Of a DNA stretch of 64,000 bases, positions 29,893 through 41,232 are shown piece by piece. The DNA is from Candidatus Krumholzibacteriia bacterium (GTDB taxonomy: Bacteria; Krumholzibacteriota; Krumholzibacteriia; Krumholzibacteriales; Krumholzibacteriaceae): the NCBI GenBank assembly GCA_963836185.1, contig CAWIIQ010000001.1, positions 1,024,001 through 1,088,000 on the forward strand, read 5' to 3'. The position numbers were made by a program, and so were the translations under genes. How positions within the stretch are numbered: position 1 is the stretch's first letter; the number at the start of each line of letters is the position of its first letter. The notes beneath the pieces are model-generated. The model was not told the origin of the DNA, made no database searches, and was given only the letters and a program-made list of their open reading frames with translations.

Positions 29893-31046
29893 ATGGATTT
29901 CGAGCTGACCACCGAACAGAAGGACATCCAGGAAGCGGCAAGCCAGCTTTGCAAAAGGTGAATTTAGCAAGGGAGTTAGCCCTGAAGCACGAGGAGGAGC
30001 ATTCTTTCCCCAGAGAACTCTGGAAGAAGGCGAGCGAACTCGGGTTCATCGGGCTGCATTTTCCCACTGAAGCGGGCGGCTCGGGCCTTGGAGTGATAGA
30101 GAACGTGCTCGTCGTGGAAGCGTTCTGCAGGCGCGATTCGGGCCTCGGAACGGCCCTGGCTCTCTCCGATTTCGCTGCTGAGATCATCATGCGCCACGGT
30201 TCGGATGAACAGAAACAGAAGTATCTGGCCGCAGTAGCCAGGGGAGAGATGATCTCGGCCGGAGCCTTCACCGAGGCGAACCACGGCAGCGATATCACGA
30301 GGATGGATACGAGGGCCGTCAAGGACGGCGACTCGTGGGTGATAAACGGAAACAAGATGTTCATCACGAACGGCCAGATAGCGGACTTCTACATCGTGCT
30401 CTGCCAGACCGACGACAAGGCCGATCCTTCATACAGGGGGATGGCGACGATTCTCGTAGACAAGGATACCGAAGGGCTCTCGACCGAGGATGTCGGCTCG
30501 AAGATGGGCATCAAGATGACCTCGACTGCAGAAGTGATTTTCGACAACGTCCGCGTACCTGAAGGCAATATCATAGGAAAGGACGGCAAAGGCTTTTACC
30601 AGGTCCTCGAATTCTTCGATGAGAGCCGGGTCGAGATCGCTGCTACCGCGCTCGGTATCGCACAGGGAGCGTTCGACAGGGCGATCGATTATTCGATCGA
30701 GCGTGAGCAGTTCGGCAGGCCGCTGGCGAAGTTCCAGGTCACCCAGCACAAGCTGGCCGACATGGCTACCGCTATAGAGTACGCGAGACTGCTTACATAC
30801 AAGGCGGCGTGGAACTTCGACAAGGGACGGATCGATCCCAAGCTGACATCGATGGCGAAGTATGTCGCGGCCAGGACCGCCGTCCAGGTGGCTGATGAGG
30901 CGATACAGATCCTCGGCGGGTATGGTTACATGACCGAGTATGAGGTGGAGCGTTACTACCGCGACGCGAAGATCGCCGAGATCTACGAGGGGACCAAGGA
31001 AATACAGAAGAACACGATCGCCAGCCACCTGATCAAGGAGCGCTGA
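29893..31046 (+). CDS. Acyl-CoA dehydrogenase (two +1 frameshifts near 29947-29972)
   Basis: True N-terminus MDFELTTEQKDIQ at 29893 after a GGGAGG RBS; TE...GSD, ING.KMFITNG, REQFG, GGYGY, IYEGT. Confidence 0.9.
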
Positions 31047-31624
31047 TGATACTGCGTGATGGATCCGGCAGAAAGATCGGCACGGCGGCCTGTGCCCTGG
31101 CGGTGGCTCTTTTTGTAATCTCCTGTTCAGGAGAGGGCGACGGGGGAGATACCGCCGTCGAGACAGGTTCGAGCGGGCAGCAGCCCGCTGCGGCGGAGAA
31201 TACATACAAGGGAAATGTTTCAGACGTCACTTTCAGGACCCTCGACGGGGACGAGAAAAAGTTGTCCGATTACGGCCCGAAACTGATGGTGGTCAATTAC
31301 CTTGCCACCTGGAACGAGGACTCCAAAAAGCTCGTGCCGATAATGAACGAGATGTGGCGAAAGTTTGGCGGTAACGTGATAGTTCTCGGAGTAGTCGTTG
31401 ATGTGAAAAGCGCCGCTCAGGCGAAGGCTTTCGGAAAATCGACCGACATGAAGTTCGAACTTCTGATGCCCGGCGGTCACTCAGGCAGGTTCGGTACTCC
31501 GGGCAAGCTGCCGACATCGTATTTCGTGACGAAGGACGACCATTTCCTGTCGAGTTTCGAGGGGCTCGTCAGGGAAAAGCAGTACGAGGACATGATACGG
31601 ATGATGCGTGTCCGGCGCATGTAA
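31046..31624 (+). CDS. TlpA/ResA-like thioredoxin-fold lipoprotein lacking CxxC
   Basis: Lipobox VISC; F.TLDG....LSDY..K..VVNY.ATW then NEDS instead of CxxC; LPTSYFV. Confidence 0.7.
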   Translation: MILRDGSGRKIGTAACALAVALFVISCSGEGDGGDTAVETGSSGQQPAAAENTYKGNVSDVTFRTLDGDEKKLSDYGPKLMVVNYLATWNEDSKKLVPIMNEMWRKFGGNVIVLGVVVDVKSAAQAKAFGKSTDMKFELLMPGGHSGRFGTPGKLPTSYFVTKDDHFLSSFEGLVREKQYEDMIRMMRVRRM

Positions 31625-31643
31625 CACTGATCTGGAGGCATTG

Positions 31644-32984
31644 ATGCCGCTGGCTTTCACACAGGACCAGCTCGCGCTTATCAACCTGCTGCTCAGGCTT
31701 GCCGTCATGGCCGGATTAACAAGCCTCATCCTCGGCTTCCGTTTCACCGACGACATTCTCGTAAAGGTATCCGTTCCCTCGCGAGAGAAGATCAAGCTGA
31801 CGATCCTGCTTTCAGTGATCTTCTCGGTGGGCGTCCTGATAAGGAAGATGTCGGCTCAGGCGGCGATGGACCTCTCGCTGGAGGGAGCGATCTTTGCCGG
31901 GCTCCTCGGCGGAACATGGGTCGGAGCCGGGACAGGATTCGTCATCGGCATGACATGTTTTCTGATCGGGGAGACAGTCTCTCTCCCCCTTTACACTGCG
32001 GCGGGACTCTTCTCCGGATTCGTCTACTCGAGGCTGGGCAGGGGAGGAGAGGTCTGGAGTTATTCACTAAACCCTTTCCTCGCCATCTACAATTTCCTCG
32101 AAAGGCTCTTCCACGGATCTCTCGACAGGAACTTCATACCGCTGGTGCTCTGCATCGGATTCGCGCTGCTGCGGTACGCGCTTCTCGACCGGTACATGAC
32201 GGCCGGTCTGATATACGGATATCCGATGAGAGACTGGCTCTTTATCACGATAGACCTCGCAGTGCTCGTCTACACCGTAGGGCTGGCGCTGAAGCTCGCC
32301 GCCAATACCCGGGACGGGCTGATCCATCGCGAAGAGGAGAAACAGCTCGTGCACGCGAGGCTGACCACGCTCAGAAGCCAGATAAATCCGCATTTTCTCT
32401 TCAATACGCTTAATTCGATAACATCGCTGATCAGGACAGACGCTGAACGGGCAAGGGAGATGACCAGGCGTCTCTCGTCAATATTCAGAAAATCTCTCGA
32501 CGACACCGGGGACCTCCATTCCCTGGCCAGTGAGATCGATTTTCTGGACGATTATCTCTCGATAGAAAAGGTACGCTTCGGGGACGAGAGGTTCGAGGTC
32601 GTAAAAGAGCTCGATGAAACGACACTCAGCATACTGGTGCCGTCCCTTTTACTTCAGCCGCTTGTCGAGAACGCCGTCAAGCACGGTATCGCCTGCAGGA
32701 CCGAAGGCGGCAGGGTGCGGATCAGTTCCGCCGCGGTAGATGGAGGCACGGAGATAACGATAGAAAACGACGGCCCCGAGACGGGACCGCTGGATAAGGA
32801 CGCGCTCTTTGTAAAAGGAGTGGGCCTGCGGAACGTCGCGGAGAGGCTCGAAATATACTCATGCGGGGAGGGGAGGATGAAGATCGATTCGCGGCCCGGT
32901 GGGGGAGCGATAGTCCGGCTGTTCATCCCCGAGTCCGCCGGAAGGGGGAAGGAAGTTGCCGGTACGTGCGCTGATCGTAGATGA
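31644..32984 (+). CDS. LytS/YehU-family sensor histidine kinase
   Basis: Multi-TM N-terminus; LRSQINPHFLFNTLN, IEKVRFG, LQPLVENAVKHG, GVGL.NV.ERL. Confidence 0.92.
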   Translation: MPLAFTQDQLALINLLLRLAVMAGLTSLILGFRFTDDILVKVSVPSREKIKLTILLSVIFSVGVLIRKMSAQAAMDLSLEGAIFAGLLGGTWVGAGTGFVIGMTCFLIGETVSLPLYTAAGLFSGFVYSRLGRGGEVWSYSLNPFLAIYNFLERLFHGSLDRNFIPLVLCIGFALLRYALLDRYMTAGLIYGYPMRDWLFITIDLAVLVYTVGLALKLAANTRDGLIHREEEKQLVHARLTTLRSQINPHFLFNTLNSITSLIRTDAERAREMTRRLSSIFRKSLDDTGDLHSLASEIDFLDDYLSIEKVRFGDERFEVVKELDETTLSILVPSLLLQPLVENAVKHGIACRTEGGRVRISSAAVDGGTEITIENDGPETGPLDKDALFVKGVGLRNVAERLEIYSCGEGRMKIDSRPGGGAIVRLFIPESAGRGKEVAGTCADRR

Positions 32985-33726
32985 TGAGAAGCTGGCCCGT
33001 GACGAGATGAGATACCTGCTCGAGCAGTTCGGCGACATCGAGGTCGCTGGAGAGGCCGCCGGCGGGGAAGAAGCTGTCGCGATGTCAGCCGACCTGGATC
33101 CTGACATCATATTCCTCGATATACAGATGCCTGTCCTCGACGGATTCGGTGTCGTCAGGAAACTGGTCGACTCGGGGAACGTCCCGCTCATCATCTTCAC
33201 TACCGCGTACGACCAGTACGCGATCAAGGCTTTCGAGATCAACGCCGTCGACTACCTGCTCAAGCCGGTCGAGAAGGACCGTCTTGCGGGGGCTGTCGAA
33301 AGGGCCATGGCGATCATGCCTTCACGCGGCGAGTATGTCAAAAGACTCAAAAAACTCACCGAAAGTATTCATGTAGGACGGAAATTTCTGCCCAGGATCG
33401 TCGTGAAGAACGAAGGCGGGATGGACCTCGTCGATACGAGCCGTGTGGCGATGCTGGAGAAGCGGGGTGCCGAGGTGATCGCTCATACCGACGACGGTGA
33501 TTTCATCACGAACTATACCGACCTCGACGAGCTCGAGGTCCAGCTCGATCCTGCCGTATTCCTGCGGCTGGGCTCTGATGGTATCGTCAACGTCGGCAAG
33601 ATCGACAAGATAGTGCCGTGGTCGGGCGGCAACTATGTTATGACTCTCGGTGACAGCTCCTCGACAGAGATAAAGCTGACGAGGACGCAGGCACAGATTC
33701 TCAAGAATAAGGCAGAACCCGGCTAG
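32956..33726 (+). CDS. LytTR-family response regulator
   Basis: IVDDE.LAR, FLDIQMP, TAYDQYA..AFE.NAVDYLLKP; C-terminal LytTR domain. Confidence 0.92.
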   Translation: MPVRALIVDDEKLARDEMRYLLEQFGDIEVAGEAAGGEEAVAMSADLDPDIIFLDIQMPVLDGFGVVRKLVDSGNVPLIIFTTAYDQYAIKAFEINAVDYLLKPVEKDRLAGAVERAMAIMPSRGEYVKRLKKLTESIHVGRKFLPRIVVKNEGGMDLVDTSRVAMLEKRGAEVIAHTDDGDFITNYTDLDELEVQLDPAVFLRLGSDGIVNVGKIDKIVPWSGGNYVMTLGDSSSTEIKLTRTQAQILKNKAEPG

Positions 33727-33740
33727 AGGGAGGTCCGATC

Positions 33741-35111
33741 TTGTCATCCGGTTACGATGTCGTCGTGCTCGGTGGAGGCCCGGCCGGCTATCCGGCCGCG
33801 ATAAGAGCATCGCAGCTCGGCGCGAAGGTCTGTCTGATCGAAGAGGACAGGCTAGGCGGCGTATGCCTCAACAGGGGCTGTATCCCGACCAAGACTCTTC
33901 ACGGGGCGGCGCACCTGATCGAACTTGCCGCGACGGGACAGGAGTCGGGCGTTTCAGGGACGCTGACGGCGGATCCCGCGGCTCTTCTCGATCACAAGAA
34001 CGATGTCGTCGACAGTCTCGTCGGCGGTGTCGGTAAGATCCTCAAGGGGCACAAAGTCGATGTCGTAAAGGGACGGGGCCGTCTCATCTCACCTGAAAAG
34101 ATCGATGTCGAAGGTCACGGCACCATAGAGGGGAACTCCCTGATCATCGCGACCGGATCGTCGGAGATCGAACTTCCCGGGATGGAGTTCGACGGCACGA
34201 CCGTGCTGAGTTCTACCGACCTGCTCGATATAGGGAGGGTGCCCGAGAGCATGATAGTCGTCGGCGGCGGGGTGATCGGGTGCGAGTTCGCGTCGATCTT
34301 CAGCGCGTTCGGCACAAAGGTCACGATAGTAGAGATGCTCCCCTCGCTGATAGCGACAGAGGATATTCATGTGATCAGGTTCCTGCAGACCTATCTGAAA
34401 AAAAAGGGGATCACACTTCACCTGGGAACTAAAGTCTCATCTCTGAAAAAAGGCGACGGGCAGGTGACCGCCCTTCTCGAAGGCGGTACGGAGATCACTG
34501 CCGAGATCGCGCTCGTCTCGGTGGGAAGAAGGCCAAATACGTCGGGTATCGGCCTTGAGGAGGCTGGAGTCGAGTCGTCAGCATCCGGCATCACTGTCGA
34601 TGCCTCGATGAGGACGAATGTCGATGGTATCTTTGCCGCCGGAGACGTCATCGGAGGATGGCTCCTCGCCCACGTGGCGACGCGCGAGGGTGTCGTCGCC
34701 TCTGCAAATGCGCTCGGCCGGGGCGGTGAGGTCGACTACGGCGCCGTGCCGACCACGATATATACCCTTCCGGAGGTCTCTCGCGTCGGGCTTACTGAGC
34801 AGGAGGTAAAGGAGAAGGGGATCGAGTTTGTCACCGGAAGGTTCCCGTTCGCGGCGAACGGAAAGGCAAAAGGGCTTCGCGAGGAGGAGGGATTCGTCAA
34901 ATGGATCGCCTCGAAGGAGGACGGAAAGCTGCTCGGGCTCCATATTCTAGGGCCGCAGGCGACCGAGCTTCTCGCGGCAGGGATCGTGGCCCTCGGCAGG
35001 AAACTCACCGCGCATGAATTCGCCGATTCGATATTTCCACATCCGACGCTCTCCGAGGCGCTCGCCGAGGCGGCCGAGGCGATCGATGGAAAAGCGATAC
35101 ATATACTCTGA
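33741..35111 (+). CDS. lpdA: Dihydrolipoamide dehydrogenase
   Basis: GGGPAGY, GGVCLNRGCIPTK, GGGVIG.E, HPTLSE. Confidence 0.95.
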   Translation: MSSGYDVVVLGGGPAGYPAAIRASQLGAKVCLIEEDRLGGVCLNRGCIPTKTLHGAAHLIELAATGQESGVSGTLTADPAALLDHKNDVVDSLVGGVGKILKGHKVDVVKGRGRLISPEKIDVEGHGTIEGNSLIIATGSSEIELPGMEFDGTTVLSSTDLLDIGRVPESMIVVGGGVIGCEFASIFSAFGTKVTIVEMLPSLIATEDIHVIRFLQTYLKKKGITLHLGTKVSSLKKGDGQVTALLEGGTEITAEIALVSVGRRPNTSGIGLEEAGVESSASGITVDASMRTNVDGIFAAGDVIGGWLLAHVATREGVVASANALGRGGEVDYGAVPTTIYTLPEVSRVGLTEQEVKEKGIEFVTGRFPFAANGKAKGLREEEGFVKWIASKEDGKLLGLHILGPQATELLAAGIVALGRKLTAHEFADSIFPHPTLSEALAEAAEAIDGKAIHIL

Positions 35112-35169
35112 TATCATCCTGTTAGAAGTTTGCGGAAAAGACTCACAGATTTCCCGGAGGTATGGCCGA

Positions 35170-37788
35170 ATGATCCGATCGATGAATGTGGCGCGGTGTC
35201 GCCGCAACACTGGAATCATACTTCTTCTGATCGTCATGGCGGCGGTGGGCTGCGCCGGCGCGGCGAAGAGTTCACGGGCCCTTCCTGAGACGGTGAAGGG
35301 ACCGGGCGGTGCTGGGATAGTGCTCGATCGCTATCCCGGGTCCGGGTCTGTGCTCGTCGCGGTTGCTGTAAGGGCGGGCTCCGCCTGGGAAACCCCCGAT
35401 ACACGCGGCGTGACGCACCTGCTCGAGCATCTTCTCTTTGACGGATCGGAGAGATTCACGCGCGAGGAGATAAGTGGATGGGTCGATGACAACGGCGCCT
35501 TCCTTAACGCTTTTACGAGAAAGGAAGTGACCGTTTATTTCCTTCTCGTCCGGGCCGACCTGCTCGAGGAAGCGATAGAGATACTCTCCCAGATGCTCCT
35601 TCACCCCGTATTCTCGCCGGCCGAGCTGGAGAAGGAGCGCAAGGTCGTACTCGAGGAGATGAGCCAGGGGCTGGACGATCCGCGAGAGAAAGCCTCGAGG
35701 GCCGCGGATAGGTTTCTCTACCGCGGCTCATCACTCACAGAACCGGTCATCGGGTATCCGTCGACGATCGAGAGCGTCTCAAGAGACAGGATAATAGAAT
35801 ACTACAGGTCCCGGTACACACCGGGGAATATGAGGATATTCGTGACGGGTGATTTCGACCGGGGAAGGACTCTCGGCTGGATCGAGGACTATTTTACTGT
35901 TTCAGGGGGAGTTCCCGCAGAGGGAGCCCCGGCTGATAAACCACTGCTGATGCCTCGATGGAGCGGAGAGATGACCACTCGCGTGATAGCTGATTCAGGG
36001 AACAGGACAGACCTGCTCGTACGGATGCCTTCGGCCGGGGAAAAACTTTTCCCCGCGGCGCTGCTTCTCGCGGAGATCCTCTCCTCGCCTTCGTCCCCGC
36101 TTGCGGAGGCAGCGAGGATATCGGGCCTCGAGGAACCTTCGGTCGGCATCGAGGTACACGAGGAGTTTTCGGCGCTGAGGATAAGCCTGGAAGGAAAGTC
36201 CGTCGGCCTGGACGATTCCGGTAAGCTTCTCGATGCGGTCACTTCGCTTGCGGGATGGAGCCCCGATGAGGAGCAGCTCGAGAGAGCGAAGATTTCGTTT
36301 GTTTCCTCTGATATGTTCGACCGTGAGAGGTACCATTTCTACGTGATGCTCAACGGCGAGGCGATGGCCGTTGCCGGGGCCGGTTGGGCGGAGGCAGTAG
36401 CAGCGGTAGAGAAGGTCAAGCCGGGACAGATCTCGAAGCTGGCAGATCAGTATATGGGAAACCCTGAGTTCAACGGTTTCTTCGCGACGCCGCACGCGCC
36501 CGAAGTCAGGATGGAGAGGGGGGAAGCGGTCTTCGAGCTTCTTCCGATGAAGATGACCGCTGGGGTCAGGCGGCGGGTAGATACGCCGGTGGAAGCCCTC
36601 TGTCTTCTCTTTCCCGGCAGGTCATGCGCGGGGCAGATGGCGAGCGACGCGGTCTCGGCCCTCTTCATCCTGATGGAAAACTCAACGGGAGGACGAAGGC
36701 TGAAAGAGGATCTCGCGTCGATAGGGGCGAGGGTCCAGATGAGCGATAATCCTTACATCCCCATGGACGATTACCTGATCAATCCGGCCTGGGCTTTCAT
36801 CAGGCTGGAGGCGCCGGCGGGCAGGATGCCTGAGGCGGCCCGCCTGCTCAGGAGCTTCCTTTCTGAAAACGAGGTCTCCCAGGCCGAACTTGACGCGGCA
36901 GCGCCTTTCGTCGCGCGAGAAGCCGGGATCAGGTCGGGGCAATCTTCGGCTGCGCTGAAAAAGGCCGTTTACAAGAGACTTTTCCCCGGCCACAGTTTCG
37001 GCGAAGGGCTCTACCGTTCGCCGGGAAGGTGGGCTGCGCCCGATTCTGCCGACATACTTCGTACTCGCCTCGAAATCTTCCAGTTCAGAGGGTCCGCGGT
37101 GACGCTTGTGACGGGGATGGAAGAGAACGCCGGGATGGACCTCCTTCGGGACACCTTCGGGGATGCCTATATATCGGACAGGATCCCCTGCCGGAGAAAG
37201 GCGGATGATTACATCCCCGGGACAGCCGACGGACTGTCTCCCGGAAGCGGCGCCCAGCTCGCGGCCGCCTGGCGTATAGACGGCCTTCATGGCGGGGAGA
37301 TAGCAGCGCTTGCCGTAGCTTCCGAGGTGCTGAGCATGCGTATGCAGCTCGATATCAGGGAGACGAGAGGGCTGGCTTACTCGACAGGGTGCTCGATGAC
37401 CCAGGTGGCCGGTCACGCGGTCGTCATCGCCGGGCTGGGAACGAGGGGAGAAAACGCCGGGAAGGCTGAAACTGCCCTTAAAGAAGCTATTGAGGCGTTT
37501 GCGGTCGATCCTCCGACGCGCGCAGAGGCCGTCGCGGCAAAAAGCCGCCTCGTGTCACGGCTGTCGCGCAGGGAACTGTCCTGTGCAGGCGAAGCTCTCG
37601 GAATCGCCCTGGATCACCTTTACAGGGGCGGTATAGACGGCCTGGAGCTCATCGCCGCCGCGTCGCCGGAGGAAGTAGTCGAAATGGCTGGCCGGCTGAT
37701 ATGGGACTCGGCCCTCTTTGTGCGCCTTCTGCCAGGTGAAAACGCACCAGAAAAAAAATCGATGCCGCCGGGTATGATGCGACGATAA
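35170..37788 (+). CDS. M16-family zinc peptidase (lipoprotein)
   Basis: HLLEH inverted zinc motif, NAFT, E.VVLEE, IRE.RGLAYS; lipobox AVG-C; start approximate. Confidence 0.88.
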   Translation: MIRSMNVARCRRNTGIILLLIVMAAVGCAGAAKSSRALPETVKGPGGAGIVLDRYPGSGSVLVAVAVRAGSAWETPDTRGVTHLLEHLLFDGSERFTREEISGWVDDNGAFLNAFTRKEVTVYFLLVRADLLEEAIEILSQMLLHPVFSPAELEKERKVVLEEMSQGLDDPREKASRAADRFLYRGSSLTEPVIGYPSTIESVSRDRIIEYYRSRYTPGNMRIFVTGDFDRGRTLGWIEDYFTVSGGVPAEGAPADKPLLMPRWSGEMTTRVIADSGNRTDLLVRMPSAGEKLFPAALLLAEILSSPSSPLAEAARISGLEEPSVGIEVHEEFSALRISLEGKSVGLDDSGKLLDAVTSLAGWSPDEEQLERAKISFVSSDMFDRERYHFYVMLNGEAMAVAGAGWAEAVAAVEKVKPGQISKLADQYMGNPEFNGFFATPHAPEVRMERGEAVFELLPMKMTAGVRRRVDTPVEALCLLFPGRSCAGQMASDAVSALFILMENSTGGRRLKEDLASIGARVQMSDNPYIPMDDYLINPAWAFIRLEAPAGRMPEAARLLRSFLSENEVSQAELDAAAPFVAREAGIRSGQSSAALKKAVYKRLFPGHSFGEGLYRSPGRWAAPDSADILRTRLEIFQFRGSAVTLVTGMEENAGMDLLRDTFGDAYISDRIPCRRKADDYIPGTADGLSPGSGAQLAAAWRIDGLHGGEIAALAVASEVLSMRMQLDIRETRGLAYSTGCSMTQVAGHAVVIAGLGTRGENAGKAETALKEAIEAFAVDPPTRAEAVAAKSRLVSRLSRRELSCAGEALGIALDHLYRGGIDGLELIAAASPEEVVEMAGRLIWDSALFVRLLPGENAPEKKSMPPGMMRR

Positions 37789-37795
37789 TCATTGA

Positions 37796-38038
<243 letters not shown>

Positions 38039-38070
38039 TTGACAAGGCCTGTCACCTCAAAAAGGTGAAG

Positions 38071-39123
38071 ATGTCAAAGAAGTACCGTTTAACGGCCATG
38101 GCTTCCTGTTCGGGCTGAGCTTCCAAGCTCAGCCCGACGGAGTTGTGGCCAGTTCTTCATAAGCTCCCTCCCCAGAACCATCCCGACCTGATCGTCGGAA
38201 CGAGCCAGGCGGATGACAGCGGGGTAGTGCGCGTCAGCGACGATAAGGCGATCATACTCACGGTAGATTTCTTCCCGGCTATAGTCGACGATCCGTACTT
38301 TTTCGGGCAGGTCGCCGCGGCGAACGCGATGAGCGATGTCTACGCGATGGGAGGCGAGGTGCTCTCAGCGCTGAACATCATCGGATTCCCCGAGGGTATG
38401 CTAGAGATAGAGGCACTTGAGCTTCTCATGAAGGGTGGCGCCGACAAGGTAAACGAAGCGGGCGGGGTAATAGTCGGCGGCCACACGTTGAAAGATACCG
38501 AGCTGAAGTACGGCCTGTCAGTGGTGGGGACGATCCATCCCGATGATATCGTGCTGACAGCAGGTGCCAGGCCAGGTGACGCTCTTGTCCTTACCAAGCC
38601 GCTCGGCACAGGGATCTACTCAACGGCTCTGAAAAAAGGTGCCCTGGGACAAGAGCAGGAGGCCCTCTTTATCGGCCAGATGACAGCCCTCAACGGACCG
38701 GCGGCAAAGGCGATGGTAGCGGCGAAAGCGCACGCCTGTACCGATGTCACCGGGTTCGGTCTGATCGGCCACGCCCTCGAGATGGCTGTCGGCTCCGACG
38801 TCACCCTGGCGATAGATATGGGTGCCGTTCCACTTCTGCCCGAATCCCTTCATCTAGCCTCGCACGGCGTCCTCACGGGGGGTGGTGCGTCGAATATCGA
38901 GTTCGCGAGCATATCTGTCGAGTTCGAGGGCAAGGTGTCGAGGGAGGAGAAGATGGTCCTTCACGATCCGCAGACTTCCGGCGGCCTGCTCATCGCCATA
39001 CAGGCGGATAAGGCTGATGACCTGGCCGGTGTCGTGAGGGATTCAGGCGCCGGTTACGCCGCCGTCATCGGAGAGGTTCTTCCCCAGGCTCCCGGCAGAA
39101 AGCCGATGATCGTCAGGGCCTGA
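38071..39123 (+). CDS. selD: Selenide, water dikinase (selenophosphate synthetase), selenocysteine-containing (UGA 38116-38118)
   Basis: MSKKYRLTAMASCSG-UGA-ASKL is in frame with ORF 38143 (DDSG, TVDFF, AANAMSDVYAMGG, GGHT, TDVTGFGL.GH, DPQTSGGLL). Confidence 0.95.
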
Positions 39124-39131
39124 GCCTCGAT

Positions 39132-39695
39132 CTACCCTTTCCGCCTCTGCTTCGCTTCTTCCAGGCTGAAAAGGCATCCACAGTAGTCCTGTCTGGTGAG
39201 CCCGTACTCACGGCTCTTTACGCAGCTTTCCTGGAAGCCGCCTTTTTTCTTGAAGTCTTCCCCGAGAAAGGTCACGCCGTGCTTTTCCCCGCATGCTGTG
39301 CCTTCCTCGACGATCCAGCGATGGATCTTGTGCGGACTGACCGACAGGGTGGAAGTGAAAAGGCCGAATCCCTTCTCCGCTCCTTTCCTCGCCGTTTCCT
39401 CGAGCCTGAACCGGTAACAGGCCCGGCAGCGCTCGCTCTTCTCGGGAAGGTGGGCATATGGCGCCGTCGCTGAGGCCCATCCATCGAAGCCGCCCCTCCC
39501 TTCGATGAGATCTATCCCGAGTCGTTCGCAGACGGTCCTCATCTCACCCAGCCTCAGTGTGTGCTCGGCCTCAGGCTGGATGTTGGGATTGTAGTAGTAT
39601 GCGGTCACATCGTACCTCTCGCGGAGGTACTCGAGGACGTAGCTCGAGCAGGATGCGCAGCATGCGTGTACGAGGATGCGTTCAGATGATTTCAT
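39132..39695 (-). CDS. queH: Epoxyqueuosine reductase
   Basis: H.CCA.C, YYNPNI.P..E, RC..CY..RL, SPHK, Q.YCGC.FS. Confidence 0.92.
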   Translation of the reverse strand: MKSSERILVHACCASCSSYVLEYLRERYDVTAYYYNPNIQPEAEHTLRLGEMRTVCERLGIDLIEGRGGFDGWASATAPYAHLPEKSERCRACYRFRLEETARKGAEKGFGLFTSTLSVSPHKIHRWIVEEGTACGEKHGVTFLGEDFKKKGGFQESCVKSREYGLTRQDYCGCLFSLEEAKQRRKG

Positions 39696-39698
39696 CGC

Positions 39699-41066
39699 TC
39701 AGTGAGGAAGAGGGGAACCGCCGCTGCCGCCAGGCCTGCCGGGCGCCTCCGCGGCGAGCCCGGTGCCCTCGGCGAAGTAGTCGCCCCTGGGATCGCGGAC
39801 AGGCACAGCCCTCATCGTGGCTACGAGTGAATCGCGTCTGGCCGTGAAGGCAGCCATCTTCTCGCTGCTGACCGGCTTCGCCGGAGGAAGCTTCAGGTTT
39901 CGCGGATTGACGAACCTGCCGTTCTTCTTGACGCGGTAGTCGAGGTGCGGGCCGGTCGCGTAACCGGTAGCGCCTACGTATCCGATCGTCTGGCCCTGCT
40001 TGACCTTTACTCCCGACTTGATCCCCTTGCCGAACTTGCTCAGGTGGAGATAGTAGCTGATATAGCTGTTGTTGTGCCTGATTTTTACGTAGTTTCCGTT
40101 CGCCCTGGTCCTTGAAGCCGTCATCACGGTGCCGTCGCCTGTAGACTGGACCGGAGTCCCGGTCGGCGCGGCGTAATCTATGCCGAGATGAGGCGCGTAT
40201 GAATGAAGTACGGGGTGGAAACGCCTCTTGTTGAATCCCGAGCTGATCCGGCTGTACTTGAGCGGCGCCCTGAGGAGCTGCTTGCGGAGCGACTTTCCAT
40301 CGTAGTCGAAATAATCATCGTATTCATCGTTGTTATTGAATAAGAAACAGTAACGGCTCTCACCGCTCGTGTTGAACTCGGCGGCGATGATATCGCCTAT
40401 GCCGGTCCTCTCCTCGTGGTCCGGTCCATCGAGCATCCTGCGTTCCTCGTAGATCACCCTGAAGTAGTCGTTCTTCCTTATCTCGGTGAAAAAATCGATG
40501 TCCCACGCATAGATCTCTACGAGCATCGCCCCGAGAGCCTGAGGCAACTCCTGCTCTATGATCGAAGCGAAGAGGGACTGGGTGATCAGGCCCGAGGCCT
40601 CCCTGACCGTGATCTCGTAGGGGTACTCTATCCGTTCGACATTTATCCCCTCGTGGGAGCAGGCGATCTCGACATAAGCGGTCTCATCGGTCGTCGAGAG
40701 GCGGATCTTCTCGATCGAGCCGTCATCGCCGTTGAATATCTCATATTTCTGTCCGGGCTGGATCCTGCCGAGGTCGTATACTTCCTTTGCCTCCCGGACG
40801 ATGTCGTGCACCTGCTGATGTGTGGCGCCGCAGGCGGTCATTACGTCGGAGAAACTTGAATTCTTTCTGATCTCTCCGGAGTGGTCAGGTTCGGCAACGG
40901 GGGGAGGCGCGGGGAGGCTCAGGCCGGCAGGGGCCTCAGCTACCATGGATGCGGGGGCTGTCTCAGGATCCGCCATGGGCGCTTCCCTGTAGGAAGCTGT
41001 TATGAGGACAGCCGATACGACCGCGGTTATTATCACGAATATCGTTATTTTCTTATCTCTACTCAT
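39699..41066 (-). CDS. M23-family peptidoglycan DD-endopeptidase (MepM-like)
   Basis: N-terminal TM; HLGIDYAAPTGTP, Y.HLS, ATGPHLDYR. Confidence 0.92.
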   Translation of the reverse strand: MSRDKKITIFVIITAVVSAVLITASYREAPMADPETAPASMVAEAPAGLSLPAPPPVAEPDHSGEIRKNSSFSDVMTACGATHQQVHDIVREAKEVYDLGRIQPGQKYEIFNGDDGSIEKIRLSTTDETAYVEIACSHEGINVERIEYPYEITVREASGLITQSLFASIIEQELPQALGAMLVEIYAWDIDFFTEIRKNDYFRVIYEERRMLDGPDHEERTGIGDIIAAEFNTSGESRYCFLFNNNDEYDDYFDYDGKSLRKQLLRAPLKYSRISSGFNKRRFHPVLHSYAPHLGIDYAAPTGTPVQSTGDGTVMTASRTRANGNYVKIRHNNSYISYYLHLSKFGKGIKSGVKVKQGQTIGYVGATGYATGPHLDYRVKKNGRFVNPRNLKLPPAKPVSSEKMAAFTARRDSLVATMRAVPVRDPRGDYFAEGTGLAAEAPGRPGGSGGSPLPH

Positions 41067-41232
41067 CTACCTGCCCGTCTGTTTCGCAGTAAAATATCGC
41101 CATACCTGCCGATGCGTCAAGTAAAAGTGCGTTTTTTTTAATCGATTGCAAGATACGGACCGCTTGAACGCCGGAGCCGCAGCCTTTATCATACCGGTGG
41201 ATAACAGGAGACGCAGAGAGGACCACCGCATC

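Noticed and set aside
31300-31330. Possible Sec codon at the TlpA active site
   Set aside because: The codons are sense (TGG AAC GAG GAC TCC) with no UGA.
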